Assembly (NCBI GenBank): GCA_951406725.2
Contig: OX597817.1
Coordinates: 115,878,001-115,942,000, forward strand
Length of the DNA stretch: 64,000 nt
Direction: 5' to 3'
Source: Octopus vulgaris
Taxonomy: Eukaryota
In this document: positions 24,811 through 39,850 of the stretch, piece after piece
Layout of the letters: every line of letters starts with the position of its first letter
Numbering within the stretch: position 1 is the first letter of the stretch
Notes under the pieces: model-generated
The model's database searches: none
What the model saw: only the letters and a program-made list of their open reading frames with translations
Told to the model about the DNA's origin: nothing
Program-made: the position numbers and the translations under genes

Positions 24811-24822
24811 ATAATAATAATG

Positions 24823-24891
<69 letters not shown>

Positions 24892-26092
24892 TATATATAT
24901 ATATACACAGATGCTTGTATGTATGTACATGTCAACCGAGGGGGGGGTCTTCTCGTATTTACCTATCACTTTTTAGACGCGCGTATTCACGCATGTAGTT
25001 GTGACGTATGGTTTCACGTCAGTTGAAATGTTACGACAGATATTGTTTGTGTTGAACTATTTAAAATTGCCCTTAATATGTCTCCTACGGTAATATCCGG
25101 TAATGTAATATAATTTGAGTAAACGTAGATTATGATTCCTCTGGGATGTCAGGAATTGTGTTATAAAGCTTGGATGAATGTAATATAAAATATTTTATTA
25201 ACTAACTAAACATACACTTACCTATAAATGTACAACTGGAACATTTGCTTTTCTCGATTAATTTTCACACCAAATTACGAATCTACATACCGATGAAACC
25301 TATTTCACCTCTCGTAAATGTCTTGTTATGAACATAATATATTGCTATTGTCAAAGTAATAAACTGTTTAATGATAGCTATTGTCTCTATTTACTCACGT
25401 ATGATGATACTCCTCATTCAATCTTGTTACGCGGTGTTTGCTATAGTATCTCCATTAAACACAGCAGAAGCAAAATACTTTTCATGAGCATTCTTTTAAC
25501 GATAAAAATGGTAATTCATTATTCTAAAATTGTCTATACGTTAACGATTTATTGATTGTAAAAAGAATGTTGTGTTCAGGACATGAAAACAAACGACTTA
25601 AAGAAAATAAATGTTCTGAATCTTAGGGTTGTTTTAGCTTATAAAACAGCAATTAAAGAGATTAAAAAAAAGAAAGAGAGAAGAACAGAAATTGCTCATA
25701 AGAGCAAAATGCTACATCTATATTATATAGAGTGGTATCATTCCCTCACAAATCCTATTCGATTATTAATTTTTGAATATGTAAATGGCGTAATATTAAT
25801 TCTAATCAATATTAATAATTTCTTCTACGAAGTGTATGGCATAGTGGTTAGAGAGTTCGATTTCCGGACCGAGCATTGAACAAAGCACTTCATTACACTC
25901 AGCTCCACTTCACTGAGTTGTAAATGAGTAGCCCAACGGCAAACTGGCTTCCCGGTCAGTGGAGGATATTGTTATCTTAGTAACTGGACTCATGATTCCT
26001 AGGACTCGAGACAGTTATACGTCCTATTCGAGCACTATCACATACCAATTCATCCCATAAAATTATTTGCACTTGACATTTAACGTCTTAAA

Positions 26093-26920
26093 GGCGGCGA
26101 GCTGGCAGAAACGTTAGCATGCCGGGTGAAATGCGTAGCCGTATTTCGTCTGTCGTTACGTTCTGAGTTCAAATTCCGCCGAGGTCGATTTTGCCTTTCA
26201 TTCTTTCTGGGTCGATAAATTCAGAACCAGTAACGCACTGGGGTCGATATAATGGACTTAATCCATTTGTCTGTCCTTGTTTGTCCCCTCTATGTTTAGC
26301 CCCTTGTGGGTTGTAAAGAAATAAGAAACGTTTACACACCGGGCGAAATGCTTAGTGGCATTTCGTCTGCCATTACGTTCTGAGTTAAAATTCCGCCGAG
26401 GTCGACTTTGCCTTTCACCCTTTCGGGGTCGATAAATTAAGGACCAATTACGCACTTGGGTCGATATAATCGACCTAATCCGTTTGTCTGTCCTTGTTTA
26501 TCCTCTCTGTGTTTAGCCCCTTGTGGGTAGTAAAGAAATAGGTATTTCATCTGTCTTTACGTTCTGAGTTCAAATTCCACCGAGGTAGACTTTGTCATTC
26601 CTCCTTTGGGGTCAATAAATTAAGTACTAGTTGCGTACTGGGGTCACTCTAATCGAACGGCCCTTTCCCCAAAAATTTCAGGCCTAATACGTTGAGTATA
26701 AAAAAATATTTACCGTCTCAAAGTTGCCAGCTGGCAATCTCGTCAGCACGTCAGGCCAAATGCTTAGTGGCATTTCGTCTGTCCATACGTTCTCAGTTCA
26801 GATTCTGCCGAGATCGACTTTGCCTTTCATACTTTTCGGGTCGATAAAATAAGTACAAGTTGAGCACTGGGATCGATTGGACCCTTCCTCGACAATTGAT
26901 GGCGTTGTGCCAAACTTTTA
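26093..26920 (+). mobile_element. Head-to-tail cluster of four SINE family A units
   Basis: ggcggcgagctggcagaaacgttagc..gagttcaaattcc (B box)..gcctttcaccctttcggggtcgataaa. The central part resembles the MetaSINE-type domain. Confidence 0.85.
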
Positions 26921-28074
26921 AACCGATATTTACCCTCTTATTCAGCTGAAGAGGAAATTTAACTACTCAGAAATTTAGATTCTAAACGTAGGAGCGTAAA
27001 ATAATACTTCTTCGTTTCATTTCTTCTATTTCTTACAAAATAAAGTTATTGATCTACGAAAAGAATTACAATAATTCTAAATATATATAACATGTCCACC
27101 AGCATAGCGTATCTAGCTTCATATACAGATGTGTAGTTAATCGCTTTCTTTCATGACGATGTCTTAAATTTATGAATTGGGCCAATTTCATTATCGCTAC
27201 TTGAAAGAAATAGTTTTGGTCCATCTGCTATTCAGACAGACTCTTCTCCATCACTTTCATGCTCTTAGAGAAATGCAATGCCAGTGCTACGGATTTCTAC
27301 ATGATTTCGTAATATGTATGTACACGTGTGTGTGAGAGAGAGTGTGAGAGTGTGTGTGTATGTGTGTGTGGTATTGGAACTTAGTCACTGTGATCGTTTG
27401 GTCGTTAGTTCACAATGGCGCCTTCATCTCATGCATAACCCAAACAACTACTTTTATATATGAATATATATATCTCTTTCTGCAAGCCGATTTCAACTGC
27501 TAAAATACGACCGAAATTTTATCAGACTAAAACGCTGTACGCATTTAAGACAAACTACTTAAACTTTCAAAGCTGTATCGTCAGTGGGTCGCAGAATCCT
27601 CTGAATATGTTTCTATTCGTTCATACTGTAAATAATTGTACAAAAGTGCTCGAAAAGGAAGCCGTTCAAATTGAAAATAAGATCTCAAATAAGCACGAGA
27701 AAACTGTACAAACAAAAAATGAATTCTAGGAAAACAGAAATTCGGAAAGATCCCAAAAGATCAAAAGAAGAGAACTTATATAGGATGAATAATACCATGA
27801 ACATCACTTAATTATTGAGCGCTCTTTTATAATCAACATATATTCCCAAATCAAATTTTTTATGGTAGTTCCTATGAGATATCCTTTATGATGACCATAT
27901 GATGTATACAAACATACATATGTAAACCATACATACGCGTTTAGTTTTGCTTGTCGGGAAAATATTCTCGAAACTATAGTTGAGATTGACAATATTTTAT
28001 TTTAATCGAGTCAGTTTCTTGCGATTCTGAGTTTCGCTTGTGCGAGCATAGCAGTTTTGCGCAAATTATAACTG

Positions 28075-28160
28075 AATGCCTGGCTGTGTGGTAAGAAGCT
28101 TGCTTCTCGACCGCTTGGTCTACGGTTCAGTCCCAATGCATGGTGCCTTGCGCTAGTGTA
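28075..28160 (+). mobile_element. SINE family B head fragment
   Basis: tggctgtgtggtaagaagcttgctt..ggttcagtccca. Confidence 0.6.
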
Positions 28161-28902
28161 AGCATCCAAATATCATAAAATTATAAGAAACGAACAAAAT
28201 AGTAGAAGCCAAAAATAAGAAATGTAAATCAGGAAAAAAAAGGAAGAAAAAAAAGAGGGGAAACAAGAGGGAATAGTAAAAAAAAAAAAAAAAAACTATA
28301 AACTAGATTCTTACAAACATTTCCAAATCTCTACTTTGTAATTTCCTCTAAGCCCTATTTTTCACATTTTCATCCATTTGATTTTATCTGTCACTATTGC
28401 GATTTTCTCCAACATATTTTTGATCATTCCTCTAATCTCTATCCCTGCAGCTAAAACTTGTTTTTACTTTTATCTTCTGTTCATTTTTATTGCCACTCTA
28501 TTTTCTTTATTTATATTCATTTAATTATTCCTAAATTTGAAGGCACTTTCACCAACAATAAATACCCCACCCCTAATTCTTTCCAGTTCATTCTCTTACT
28601 CATCTGCTATTTTTACCAACCCGCCCACACTATTTCATTCTGCCTTTTGAATCACATGCATCTTTCTCTCTAAGCAACTCGCATTTTTCTTTCTTTCTCT
28701 TCTATCTTGTTTTCATTTCTTACTTTCAAAATTTCCTTTTTGTTTATTACTCTTTTCTCTTTCTGTTCCTTTTGGCCTACCCTTTATTTCATTTCCTCTT
28801 CACAATCATAAACTACAACAGGAAACTTATAGAAAGCGGTGGAAGACCCTGTGCATCCACAGGCGAAAGTATGGAGAGGAAGACACACACACGATCCAAA
28901 AT

Positions 28903-28944
<42 letters not shown>

Positions 28945-29051
28945 ATAGTAATAGTAGTCCCAACAACAACAACTACAATAATAATAATAATAATAATAAT
29001 AATAATCATAATAATCATAGCATATATATATATATGTATATATACAGGCAT

Positions 29052-29104
<53 letters not shown>

Positions 29105-29968
29105 CAGAGAAAGAGAGAGAGAGAGAGATAATATCTATTTATCCATTTTCCGACGTAAACAGGCAGTCCTGATTAGGACGATGTTACTACATGTTTTAGC
29201 CCCAGGAAAACATATTTTCCAGCTGGCTACCGACGCACAGTTGTGGCAGTATACCTCGAACAAGGGGGTTAATGTCACCACTCAGCCTTAAATAGCACCT
29301 GGTAGTTTTTGCAACCATATATTAGCCTCTAATAACACCCAATGTCAGATTATAATATTTTTTTCCAGTGTGAATAGTCATGGAGTAGTCTTCAACAGCC
29401 AGCATGAATTTATTGCAACGATTACAAACATGTTTTATAATATCCTCCTTATTAAAAAAGTTATGGAAAACTTTTATAACAATTCTCGATGTTTTGCGGA
29501 TTTCCACGCAATAATATTTTATACCACATTTCTATTATTTATAGGATTATTGAAAATAAATATATGCAATATTATTCCTACATACATAACAGACATACAC
29601 ACACACACACAAACGCACGGGTATAATATCGAAACGACCTTTGTCGAGTTTTCACTCTTTTGAAGTTCATAGTGTAAATATATTATTAAAAAAAATTAAA
29701 AAGCATTCATCTCGATGTAGGACTGTAAGGGTCTGTCCACCTATTTGAATTATTTAATAAACAGGCAAAATGTGCTTCGAAATTGTGGGACTAGTGATAT
29801 AAGTCAGACCAAAAAGTAATATATAAAATCCCAAATGTTTATGCAACCAAAAGTAAAGTGAAAACTATTGCGTAGCACATACTCTGATGGTGCATTAAAA
29901 TTTTGGGTGAATAATATTGCATATAGATTCATTCGTACATGCATACATATAAACATACATACAATATA

Positions 29969-30025
<57 letters not shown>

Positions 30026-30047
30026 ACATAAGTACATAGATATATAC

Positions 30048-30099
<52 letters not shown>

Positions 30100-31679
30100 C
30101 AATTATTGTATTTTTCTAATACGTAAGTCTACCTAATAATATTTTCCAAAATATATAAACGCAACGCAATTATAGTCATTCTGCGAACTATGTACATTGT
30201 GGACACTGTTCTGGAAATCATATTAACTATGACATATGCTTTACATTATCTGTTTTAACATAGCCATAGACTGCGATGGTATTGAGTAATATTTAATATA
30301 AGAATGTCATATGAAGTGTCTACAATAAATACAATCAATAATAATTATTTCTATAGACATATCATTGGCAATTTTCATAGAAAATTGCATTAACCTAGCA
30401 TAAAACTGATATTTTATTTTAGCAGCCCCGGAAGGGTGAATGACAATGTTTTCTTGACTATTGAATTTATTAAAAAAACCAAGACTAGGAATATATATCG
30501 GAAGAAGTTTTTCCTGTACCGCAATGATTCTGAAAGCTCCAACACCTGACGAAATTCATATTACTGTTACTTCTAATTACATTCCTAATTGTATGTATTC
30601 GGGAGATTATTTAATATTGTGAGTTATATTCTGGGCGGCTCAACAACCCTCACCGTTTGTTTATACTGTATTGTTCTCACTGTCCTCTTCTTGTAACCAC
30701 TTTCACCCTCCGCAAAATAATCCCAAATTTTATCTAATTTGCTTTTGCGTGAAAGGCTGTTTCAACGAAGTCGCGCATTGTCCTTACCTTCGAACACAGA
30801 GTAGATAAAACAGGGGACAACTGACGAAGGGGAATATTCTTTATGTTCATGTCTCGTCTTTATTCGTTGCTCGAAAAAAGATCGTTTTCTATGTTTTTGT
30901 TTTTATATTTTCGTTTCTGATTGTGTTCAACGTTTTTTTAATATCCTGTACCCATACATGCATGTATATATACATATATATGTAGGTATGTACATATAAC
31001 TATGTATATATGCATATATTTATATCTTATTTCTATTACATAAATATATATATATGTATACATATATGTATATATGTATATATATATACACACACATATA
31101 TATATATATATGTGTGTGTGTATATACATGCATACATATATATATATATATATGTATATATGTATATATATATATATATGTATATATGTATACATATATA
31201 TATATATATATATATATCTATCAAAATAAAACTAGAATACAACACGCAATATCAAATGAGATCCTACATATATATATATATATAAATATCCAATGATATC
31301 CTATGTATAATTATGAATATATTATGATTAGCATTGATTTGTAAGAAATTTACTCATAACTTGAATAGCGTAGTTGCGTCGGCTGTCACAGAAATACCTC
31401 AAGATATTTGATAGAGAGATAAACTAAAGGAACATAAACGCATTAGATTTCGCAGTTACAATGTTTCGAGTAATTCCGCTGGTAAATCTAAACTATCCCC
31501 TGCAAACGATAGGTTTAAGTTTAATGACTGGCAATCGGAGGAGGATAACAAGTATGATGACAGAGTTAGGTATAATCGTTTAAATAGGATTACACATACA
31601 TATATACACACATGCCCGCAGTCGCCCCTAACCCTCCAACACCTCTATCCTTACAAACACCCATCATCGACCTGATCAT

Positions 31680-32003
31680 ATCACTGACACCTTCCCCTGC
31701 ACATCTAGCAACGTCATTTACCGCATCTCCTTCTCTCACTGTCCTTCTCTGTACATCGCACAAGCGGGACGCCGCTTGGCTGCCCCATTCGCAGAACACT
31801 CCCGAGACACCAGACTGGGCAACGACGTCCCGATCTCGCGCCATTTCCGCTCTACCGGTCATTATTCACAACACCTGTCTATGTTCGGAATGACGTTGCC
31901 CAGGGCCCACCCAGGCTACCGTCTTCCACGTGAACAGGACTTAATCTTCTCTCTTTGCTCCTTTGCACCACATTGTCTCAACTCGCCTCCCTTTTTCTTC
32001 TAA
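31680..32003 (+). pseudogene. Degraded Neptune-type GIY-YIG endonuclease
   Basis: TFPCTSSNVIYRISFSHCPSLYIAQAGRRLAAPFAEH..PISRHF..REQDLIFSLCSFAPHCLN. Confidence 0.8.
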
Positions 32004-32829
32004 CCTCCCTCCTCTCTCCTCTCTTCCTTTCACACCTACTTCCTCTCTTCACTCTCACTCACCTCACCTCTCCTCTCTTTCTCTGACATTTCCTCTCATC
32101 ACTCCTATCCACCTTCTCCCTTCCACCCTCTCCCTTCATCGTCACCTCCTCGCTCCCTACATATATCAACCCCATCATCCCTATAATACTATCCCACCAC
32201 CACCACCACCACCACCACCACCATCTCACAACCCACTCTCGCATACCACCCCTACCCCAACCTATACTTTACCCTAACTCCCCAGACTCCATCCCCCATC
32301 CTCGTTTCCACACATCCCAACACGACCACACCGCATCATGGCACACCACCACACCACACCATACCATCACACCACAACTAAACACACCACACATCACCAC
32401 ACCACACACTACATCACACCACCGCGCACACAATAGCACTGACCACTTCACAGTACCCACACCATCATCCACATACCTACACATGCACACACCCACACGT
32501 CAAGGTCACCAGTCCCTATACACACGCACACACACGCTCTCCCACACACACGCACGCTCACCTTCATTTTGGGATCACCACTATTTTATTATCTCTCCAT
32601 CTTCGTAGCTTTCCTGTCTGACCACCTCTGTACGGCCATCGCCATGATTGATCTTTACAAACATCACTCCTTGACATTTGTCGGTTTTATACGACGTTTT
32701 CACCCTGTTTGCTTTGTCACAAGCTCTTTGTATTCTACTCTAGTTTTTGCTTCTATTTCTAGGACAGGTACCACTGGTTCTATTACATATAAAGTTACCT
32801 AACTGCTATCTAGCACGCCTGTATACTCA

Positions 32830-33290
32830 ACCCTATCTTTCTGATCATATCCAGAGCATTGCATGCAGTGCATGAAATTCTCTACATGTTTCTTCGTTTC
32901 ATAGGGTTTGCATAGTCGGTACACGTTGTTCATTATCCTAAGTCTACTATCAGTATGTTAATTTTCAGGTTGTGTGACAAAACCGGGTCCTTGTGGACAA
33001 CATATTTCGAAGCTATGGGTTTCATGTAATAGGAGTGGAGGATGCACTCTGTTGTTCGCAGTTTCTAACCAAAGTTCAGTATCAAGGACAGGGAGTCCAT
33101 TGTTGGGGTGCCTAGTAGGGTAATCGATAGTTACCTTGTTACTTTGGTGGATGGTGTTAACTACTTGCTGGATACTCTCCATTATGTTCCTCTCAATTTC
33201 TACATTAGCGTTAATACAGTTGGTCATATTTAGAATATTAATGTCGTCTATATACTTAGTGTAAAGTAAAAGAGTTGTAGACTGTTCTGC
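32830..33290 (-). pseudogene. PLE-like RT fragment (domains 5-7 plus thumb), clade unassigned
   Basis: LYTKYIDDIN..LPVLDTELW, then after a frameshift YYMKPIASKYVV..FMHCMQCSGY. Confidence 0.75.
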
Positions 33291-33491
33291 TGAGACAAGC
33301 ACACATACACACACATACGCAAATGAAGACTGAAATACATGAGCATATACTCACACAAACTTCACTTCATACAAGGAGACATATGGTGACACACATCCAT
33401 ACATACAGACACAGTACATAGTCACAAAAACCCATACACACACAGACACACTCAGACATGCACATACAAAGAGACAGAGGTACACACTCAT

Positions 33492-33527
<36 letters not shown>

Positions 33528-33952
33528 ACACACATAAAAACACTCAAATATGAACACACAGACATGAATATGCAGAATACATAAAATCGTACACTCATAC
33601 ATATATGCGTGCGTGCACACAGACATAGTACATGCATACACAGACGTATATGTCTGCATACATAAATGTGTACACACACAAACACTGATCCACACACATT
33701 CACACAAACAATGAAAAATAATGCAGCTCGGATAACGGGAAGATTATATGACTTTCGAATAAGTTGCAAGACGCAACGAAAATTTTGAGATAAAATGAAT
33801 AAGTAAATGAATGGAAACTTTGCCGGAGAGTGTCTTAAATAATAAGGCACTAAAACAGAATGATTCCCCCCAGACACAACAAACTATGCTTCAACACAGA
33901 AACTCACTTAAAGAATCTTGCAAACCAAATCCAAAATATATTTGTATGTGTA

Positions 33953-34005
<53 letters not shown>

Positions 34006-34064
34006 ATTTATACACAAGTACATATATATGTATATATATGTATATATGTATATGTCTCTCTATA

Positions 34065-34170
<106 letters not shown>

Positions 34171-35060
34171 CATTACGTACATATACTTATGCATGTATGT
34201 GTGTTTGTGCTGTTGAAAGTGCGTGGACTTGGAGGGAGTGGTATTGCACTCACGGTCGTGAGGCTGTAGCTTCAATTCTTAGAACGGCTGCGCGTTGTGT
34301 TCTTGAGTAAGAATCTTTATTTCACGTTGATCACAACCACTCACCTGCAAGTGGGTAACCCTGAGATGGAGTAGCCTTCCCGTTAGGGGAAACGTTGGCC
34401 TGATTACCCAAGCAGCGAAGTGCCATCATTCGAAGGGTAAAGCGAAGCGAAGTGAACTGCGGGCTGCTATTTATAACAACATGCGAATTTCTTTTGAATA
34501 CCGTATTACCGTGATATATAGTTATACGACGGGCTTCTTTTCCTTTTCGTCCACATATCTACTAATATGTTGGTCTGAGGCTGTAATAAAAGGATACTGG
34601 CCATGGTGTGGGACTGAACATGGAATGATATGGTTGAAATTCAAACTTCTTACCACACAGATTTGGGAAGCTGTCTCAGCAAATTCATTGTGGATTTAAT
34701 TCTATACGGTGTGGCATGTGACATTTATCTTCAGAACCTCTTTTGTATCACACTTTAATTAATCCATTATAGATTGTCATCGTCATAAAAAAATTTACTT
34801 GAAGTCATGCCAACTCATTATTGCATTCCTACTTATCAGTAAATTAACAAAGTGTTGAAATTAATTACATACATTCTAGTTTAAAGATGCTCAGTGTAAG
34901 ATATTGAGATGCTTTCGCTTGTTAGTTTCCATACACATACAGAAGTGCGCATATACGCATGCTTTCGTATATGTGTAATGAAAGCACAGGCATTTTTAAC
35001 TATCTATCCCTCTCTCTCTCCCTCTCTCTATCTCTCTATATATACGATTAAATATGTTCG

Positions 35061-35106
<46 letters not shown>

Positions 35107-35484
35107 AACACATTCATATGTATATGTATACGTGCATATATGGACACAAACACACGCACACACACACCTATAATATCGAGCAGTGAGAATGAGTGCTCAA
35201 CATTGCATTGGTGGATAAATGTTATTTACATCTGGGTTAACAAGTCTACCGTTGGTTTCATGCTGAGAGAAGGTTCTTCAGCAATTACTTCAGTGGTGAT
35301 GCACTTAAAGTTAGCTATAATTGCCTCCCAAATATAGTGTCAGTTATGCTAAACCACAACGGCAGTAGCATTAGGAACATCACACAATTATTCTGTAATT
35401 GTCTCCAGGTATCAATTTTTCATGAGAAAAATAGATACTTGGAAAAATAATTGTTGAACAAGCCCAGCATTACGGATTTGAGCG

Positions 35485-35665
35485 GAACAATAAAAACTAC
35501 ATTGGAATGATGGGAAACACATTCAAGGAGAAATATACACAGCATTTAGCTTCGTTCAGACAAAAAAGAAAAGACGCACAACATCTTTATCCAATATCGT
35601 ACAGGCACGTAAAGAGAGATACGTGAACGACACCCGGACATATTGGAATATTATAGCTTGCGCCC
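35485..35665 (+). pseudogene. Naiad-like GIY-YIG fragment
   Basis: KNYIGMMGNTFKEKYTQHLASFR..TSLSNIV..WNII. Confidence 0.6.
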
Positions 35666-38185
35666 ACAAAGAAAGTGGATCAACAATTTATACTTCGAAA
35701 TTTCCACCCACTGTGGGCAGATTATGAGACTGGTGAATGAAATATAAATGACAACAGTAGAAGTGCAAGTGTCTATCCATTACGGCCGATGCTAACGCCT
35801 CATTTAATTGATTAATGAAAAAAAAAACTTCATTATAAAGAAACCGTTTCCGTCAGATGAATTCATGAATTTCAAAATAAAGTACATTCAAAAACATTTA
35901 GCATAGTTTAAAATCCACAAACCGATACATCTACAGTGATTATGCTACTATTTCAGTTGACAGAATGGATTCACCACAATAGTGCTTATTTGATCAGAAC
36001 AGAAAAAAAGGTTCGTAGACTTTTCAGGAAGGAGAAGGAATAATTGATTCCAGTCACCCAATTAACTCTACTTCTAACAACAGAGGAGGACATGTTTCCA
36101 TTAGCCTAGGGTTTATCTATTGAGGTACTGTTTAATGTCTACTGGTCAGTGGTAAGAAAATGATTTGTGGTCAGGTTGCCCTACTAATTTATCAAGGTCG
36201 TCTGTGATGGAGTCGATGCAGAAGTCGACAACGCAGAGAACAGTAATAGGGAAGGTAGGAGAAGGAGAAAAAGAAAGAAAGCTGGCCCAACATTTACTAA
36301 TTACCGTAATATGAACATATATAAAAATGATAAATTTCTTTTAAAAAGTCATCAATAAAAATAATAATGAAATAATAATATAAATAAAAAATAAAAAAAG
36401 TTTTTATATTACACACAATACAAATAAAAGAATAAAGAACATTTGATGTTATACGTTATAATTAGGGGACGTTATAATAAACGTAAATAAAAGTAAAAAT
36501 TAGGGGACGTTATAATAAACGTAAATAAAATTAAAAAATAAGCGTTAAGTTTTTGTGCGAAATATATAAATCCTCTAGCAATAAAAAATAAAAGAAAATA
36601 CATGTTATATCAGCCATATATAAAAGATGCCAATCTTTGAAAGGGGTATATACATATAATAATATATTGAGTGGATGCAGTAGTGAGAGAGTTAGGTTTA
36701 GATAATTAAATTATAGTCCCATAATTTAAGCCAAAGAATGATTATTTCAGATTACAAATCTCGAGAGAGGGCTATATATAGGACATACTAAAGAACACTT
36801 GATTAAATTGGCTATACAAATATTATTAGGGGTAACAAGCAAGGTGAATTTCATTATATTAAAGTTACGGTAATTAAAAAGTGTAATATTCTCGATCGCT
36901 GCAAAGATTCAAAATGTAAGAAAGTCAAAGGAAGAATAACTAGAGGAATATCGGTCAGCCACAGACAAATACCTTATGGCTAGTATTTAATAGAAAGTCA
37001 TGTTAGGCCAGTAAGCTAAGTGTACGATAAGATACTGTTAGGAAGAAAATGATTATAAATAAAATACAAATAAATAAAAACACAATTAAATTAATATATA
37101 AAGGTGTAATATTTCCAGCGGGAGTTGGTGTTGATTATTTGCTATGTAATTTTTAGTTTAATCCATAAAGAGCCGAACATACACAATGTAAAGTTATGAA
37201 TGAACTAGATAGGGAATAATTATTCAGACTTAAAATTTGTCAAGATGCAAACGTGAGAAAGAATTAGACAGAGAATAAATATTCAGACAGACTACTTATC
37301 TAGACATAAAGGTTAGCGATGCAGAAAAATTAGACATAAAGGATCATGGGAGGTAAAGTGTCACGAGACCATATTACTAATCACGTTTTAATATTAAATA
37401 GAATAAGTTGTAAATAATAGGTTACAGGGAGTAATGATTTCACCAAAGGGGCAGTAGGAGGTATTTATTATGTACTGCTTCTAAGATATTTAAAGGCACG
37501 GGTGATCCTGTGAACACACGAAACCCTATGATCCAATTTATTATTAAGTTGTCTTTATATTTTGAATGTCTTTTATTTTGAAGTTCATGAATTCATTTGA
37601 CGAAAACAGGTACCATTAATCGATTAAAGAGGCCGTTAGAAACGACAGTAATGGATTGACACCTGTTTATCTACTGCAACTCATATTTATGTTATAATTT
37701 ATTATATTATATTATATTATATTATATTATATTATATTATATTATATATATATAAATATATGTTCGGAATGAGGAGTAGATAGAGAGCCGTCAGCTGATG
37801 AAGGGGTCCTTTCAATATGTTTATTTGTCTTGTTTTCAATTTTTGTCTCTCGTTGTTTACGTACTTAACTGGTTCTTTTACATATTTTATGTTGTTTTCA
37901 CCTTTGCTGATGCCCTGAACCCATATATGCAGAGAATGCCAACTCTTTACAGGGATGGACAGCTTGGAATAATTTGACATCCTTTCATTCCTTGGTGCAC
38001 ATGTGTGACATAGAGACTAGTATATAAATACACATTCACTAATATTTACGTATTAATCCGTACACATAATACTACTTGCATACAGAAGACATACGAATAT
38101 ACCATTACTTGTTTTTATATGTGTATATATATTTATATGTATGTATGCATATATGTATGTATATATATATATATATATATATATA

Positions 38186-39801
38186 CAGTTGCGGCCAAAG
38201 TGTTCAGAACGGCATTGTTTTCGTCAGAAAAGTAGATATAATTTTTTATCAAACTTGTTTTATATTCTATAATTTTCACAGACAATAAATACGATATCAT
38301 TTGTTAATGCCTGAGGTTTTGGTGTGATTTGAGAGGATAATTCAAAAGTTATGGATGATTTAGGGATTTACTGCAAAATCCATGGCGGCAAAATGATCAG
38401 AACGGTTGATTTTCCTCAGTGTTTTAGTATATTTAACCGGCGAACTCTAATGTTTTGAATTTGTTTACGTGACGGTTCGTTTACTAAACACTAGTAAGAA
38501 TATTTGCAGTGTACTTTGTTAATATAATGCCACTTACTCCGTTACCAATTCGTCAGCAGATTAGTAAGCTTCGAAGGAAGGATAATTTAAGTATTGGATC
38601 TATTGCAAAGATTGTTAACAAGTCAAAAAGTGTTGTACACGGTATTCTTAAGGTCTACGATGATTGTGGTTCGTGTGAAGCAAGAAAGTTTACAGGTAGG
38701 CCAAGAAAAACGACCAAGAGAGAAGATCGTGCTATGGTAAAGTTGGTTAAAAAGGACAGATTTAAAACTGCTGCTGCTGTTTCTCGGAAAATGAGCATTG
38801 TATTGAAGAAAACTTTATCGTTAACTTTATCGTTAAGTTGAACATGACCTACAAGCAAAAGCACCTGCAGTGAAGCCACTGATCAGCTCCAAGAATAAAA
38901 AGTATCGTCTTACCTTTGCAACCGAACATGTGTTGTGGTCTCAAGAAAAATGGCAAACGGTGCATTTCAGTGATGAATCTAACTTTATGCTATTTGGCTC
39001 AGATAGGTAAAGGTACGTTCGTAGAAGTGTAGGTGAAAAATTGTTGCCTAAATGCCTTAAGACTATTGTTAAATTCGGTGGAGGAAGTGTCATGGTTTGG
39101 GGAATGATATCTGGAGATGGTGTGGGCCCTTTGGTGCGATTACATGGAAAGTTAAATGCAGGAGTTTATAAGCAACTTGTAAAAGATCATGTCTTGCCTG
39201 TGCTGAGAAATTCAACTAAGCGACCACCCATATTCATGCAGGACAATAACCATTTTCAAAAGGCTAAGGTGGTCATGAACTTCCTCAAGGCTGAAAAGGT
39301 TATTGTTATGGATTGGCCAGCTCAAAGCCCAGATCTCAATCCTATTGAAAATGTGTGGAATATTCTAGGAGAACGTTTGAAAGCCAGAAATCCTAAAACA
39401 ACTAAGCAATTATGGAATGCCCTTCAGGAAAAATGGAATAAGATCACCCACAAGAAATTGAAAATTTTATTTCGTCCTGCAGTCGAAGATGTCAGAGTTT
39501 AATTGAAGCTAAAGGGCTTCACACAAAATATTAAATAATTCCAGTATTCTCTGTCATTTTTTATTATTTTGATATTTTTACAACCGTTCTGATCATTTTG
39601 GCCGCCATGGGTTTTGCAGTAAATCACTAAATCATCCATAACTTTTGTATTATCCTCTCAAATGACACCAAAGTCTCAGACAACAACAATTCATGTTGTA
39701 TTTGTTCTCTGTGAAAATTATAGAATACAAAACAATTTTGATAAAATCTTATACCTACTTTTCTGACGAAAACAATGCCGTTCTGAAAATTTTGGCCGCA
39801 A

Positions 39802-39804
<3 letters not shown>
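38186..39804 (+). mobile_element. Tc1-family DNA transposon with ~220-bp IR-DR TIRs, inserted in (TA)n
   Basis: Ends are cagttgcggccaaa and tttggccgcaactg, flanked by TA. TIRs span 38186-38408 and 39580-39804, with an inner repeat of the tcagaacgg motif. Confidence 0.95.
38527..39533 (+). pseudogene. DD34E Tc1 transposase, disrupted
   Basis: HTH region and GRPRKTT; FSDES; VKFGGGSVMVWG; QDN..34 aa..SPDLNPIE. There are stops and frameshifts near 38840, 39008 and 39450. Confidence 0.92.

Positions 39805-39850
<46 letters not shown>

Noticed and set aside
32000-32550. Pyrimidine-rich and CA-rich tract with Pro-rich and Trp-rich ORFs
   Set aside because: Low-complexity 3' region of the adjacent PLE relic.
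36459-36531. 39-bp-period tandem duplication (also a 13-bp triplication at 9778-9817)
   Set aside because: Ordinary slippage duplications with no sign of function.
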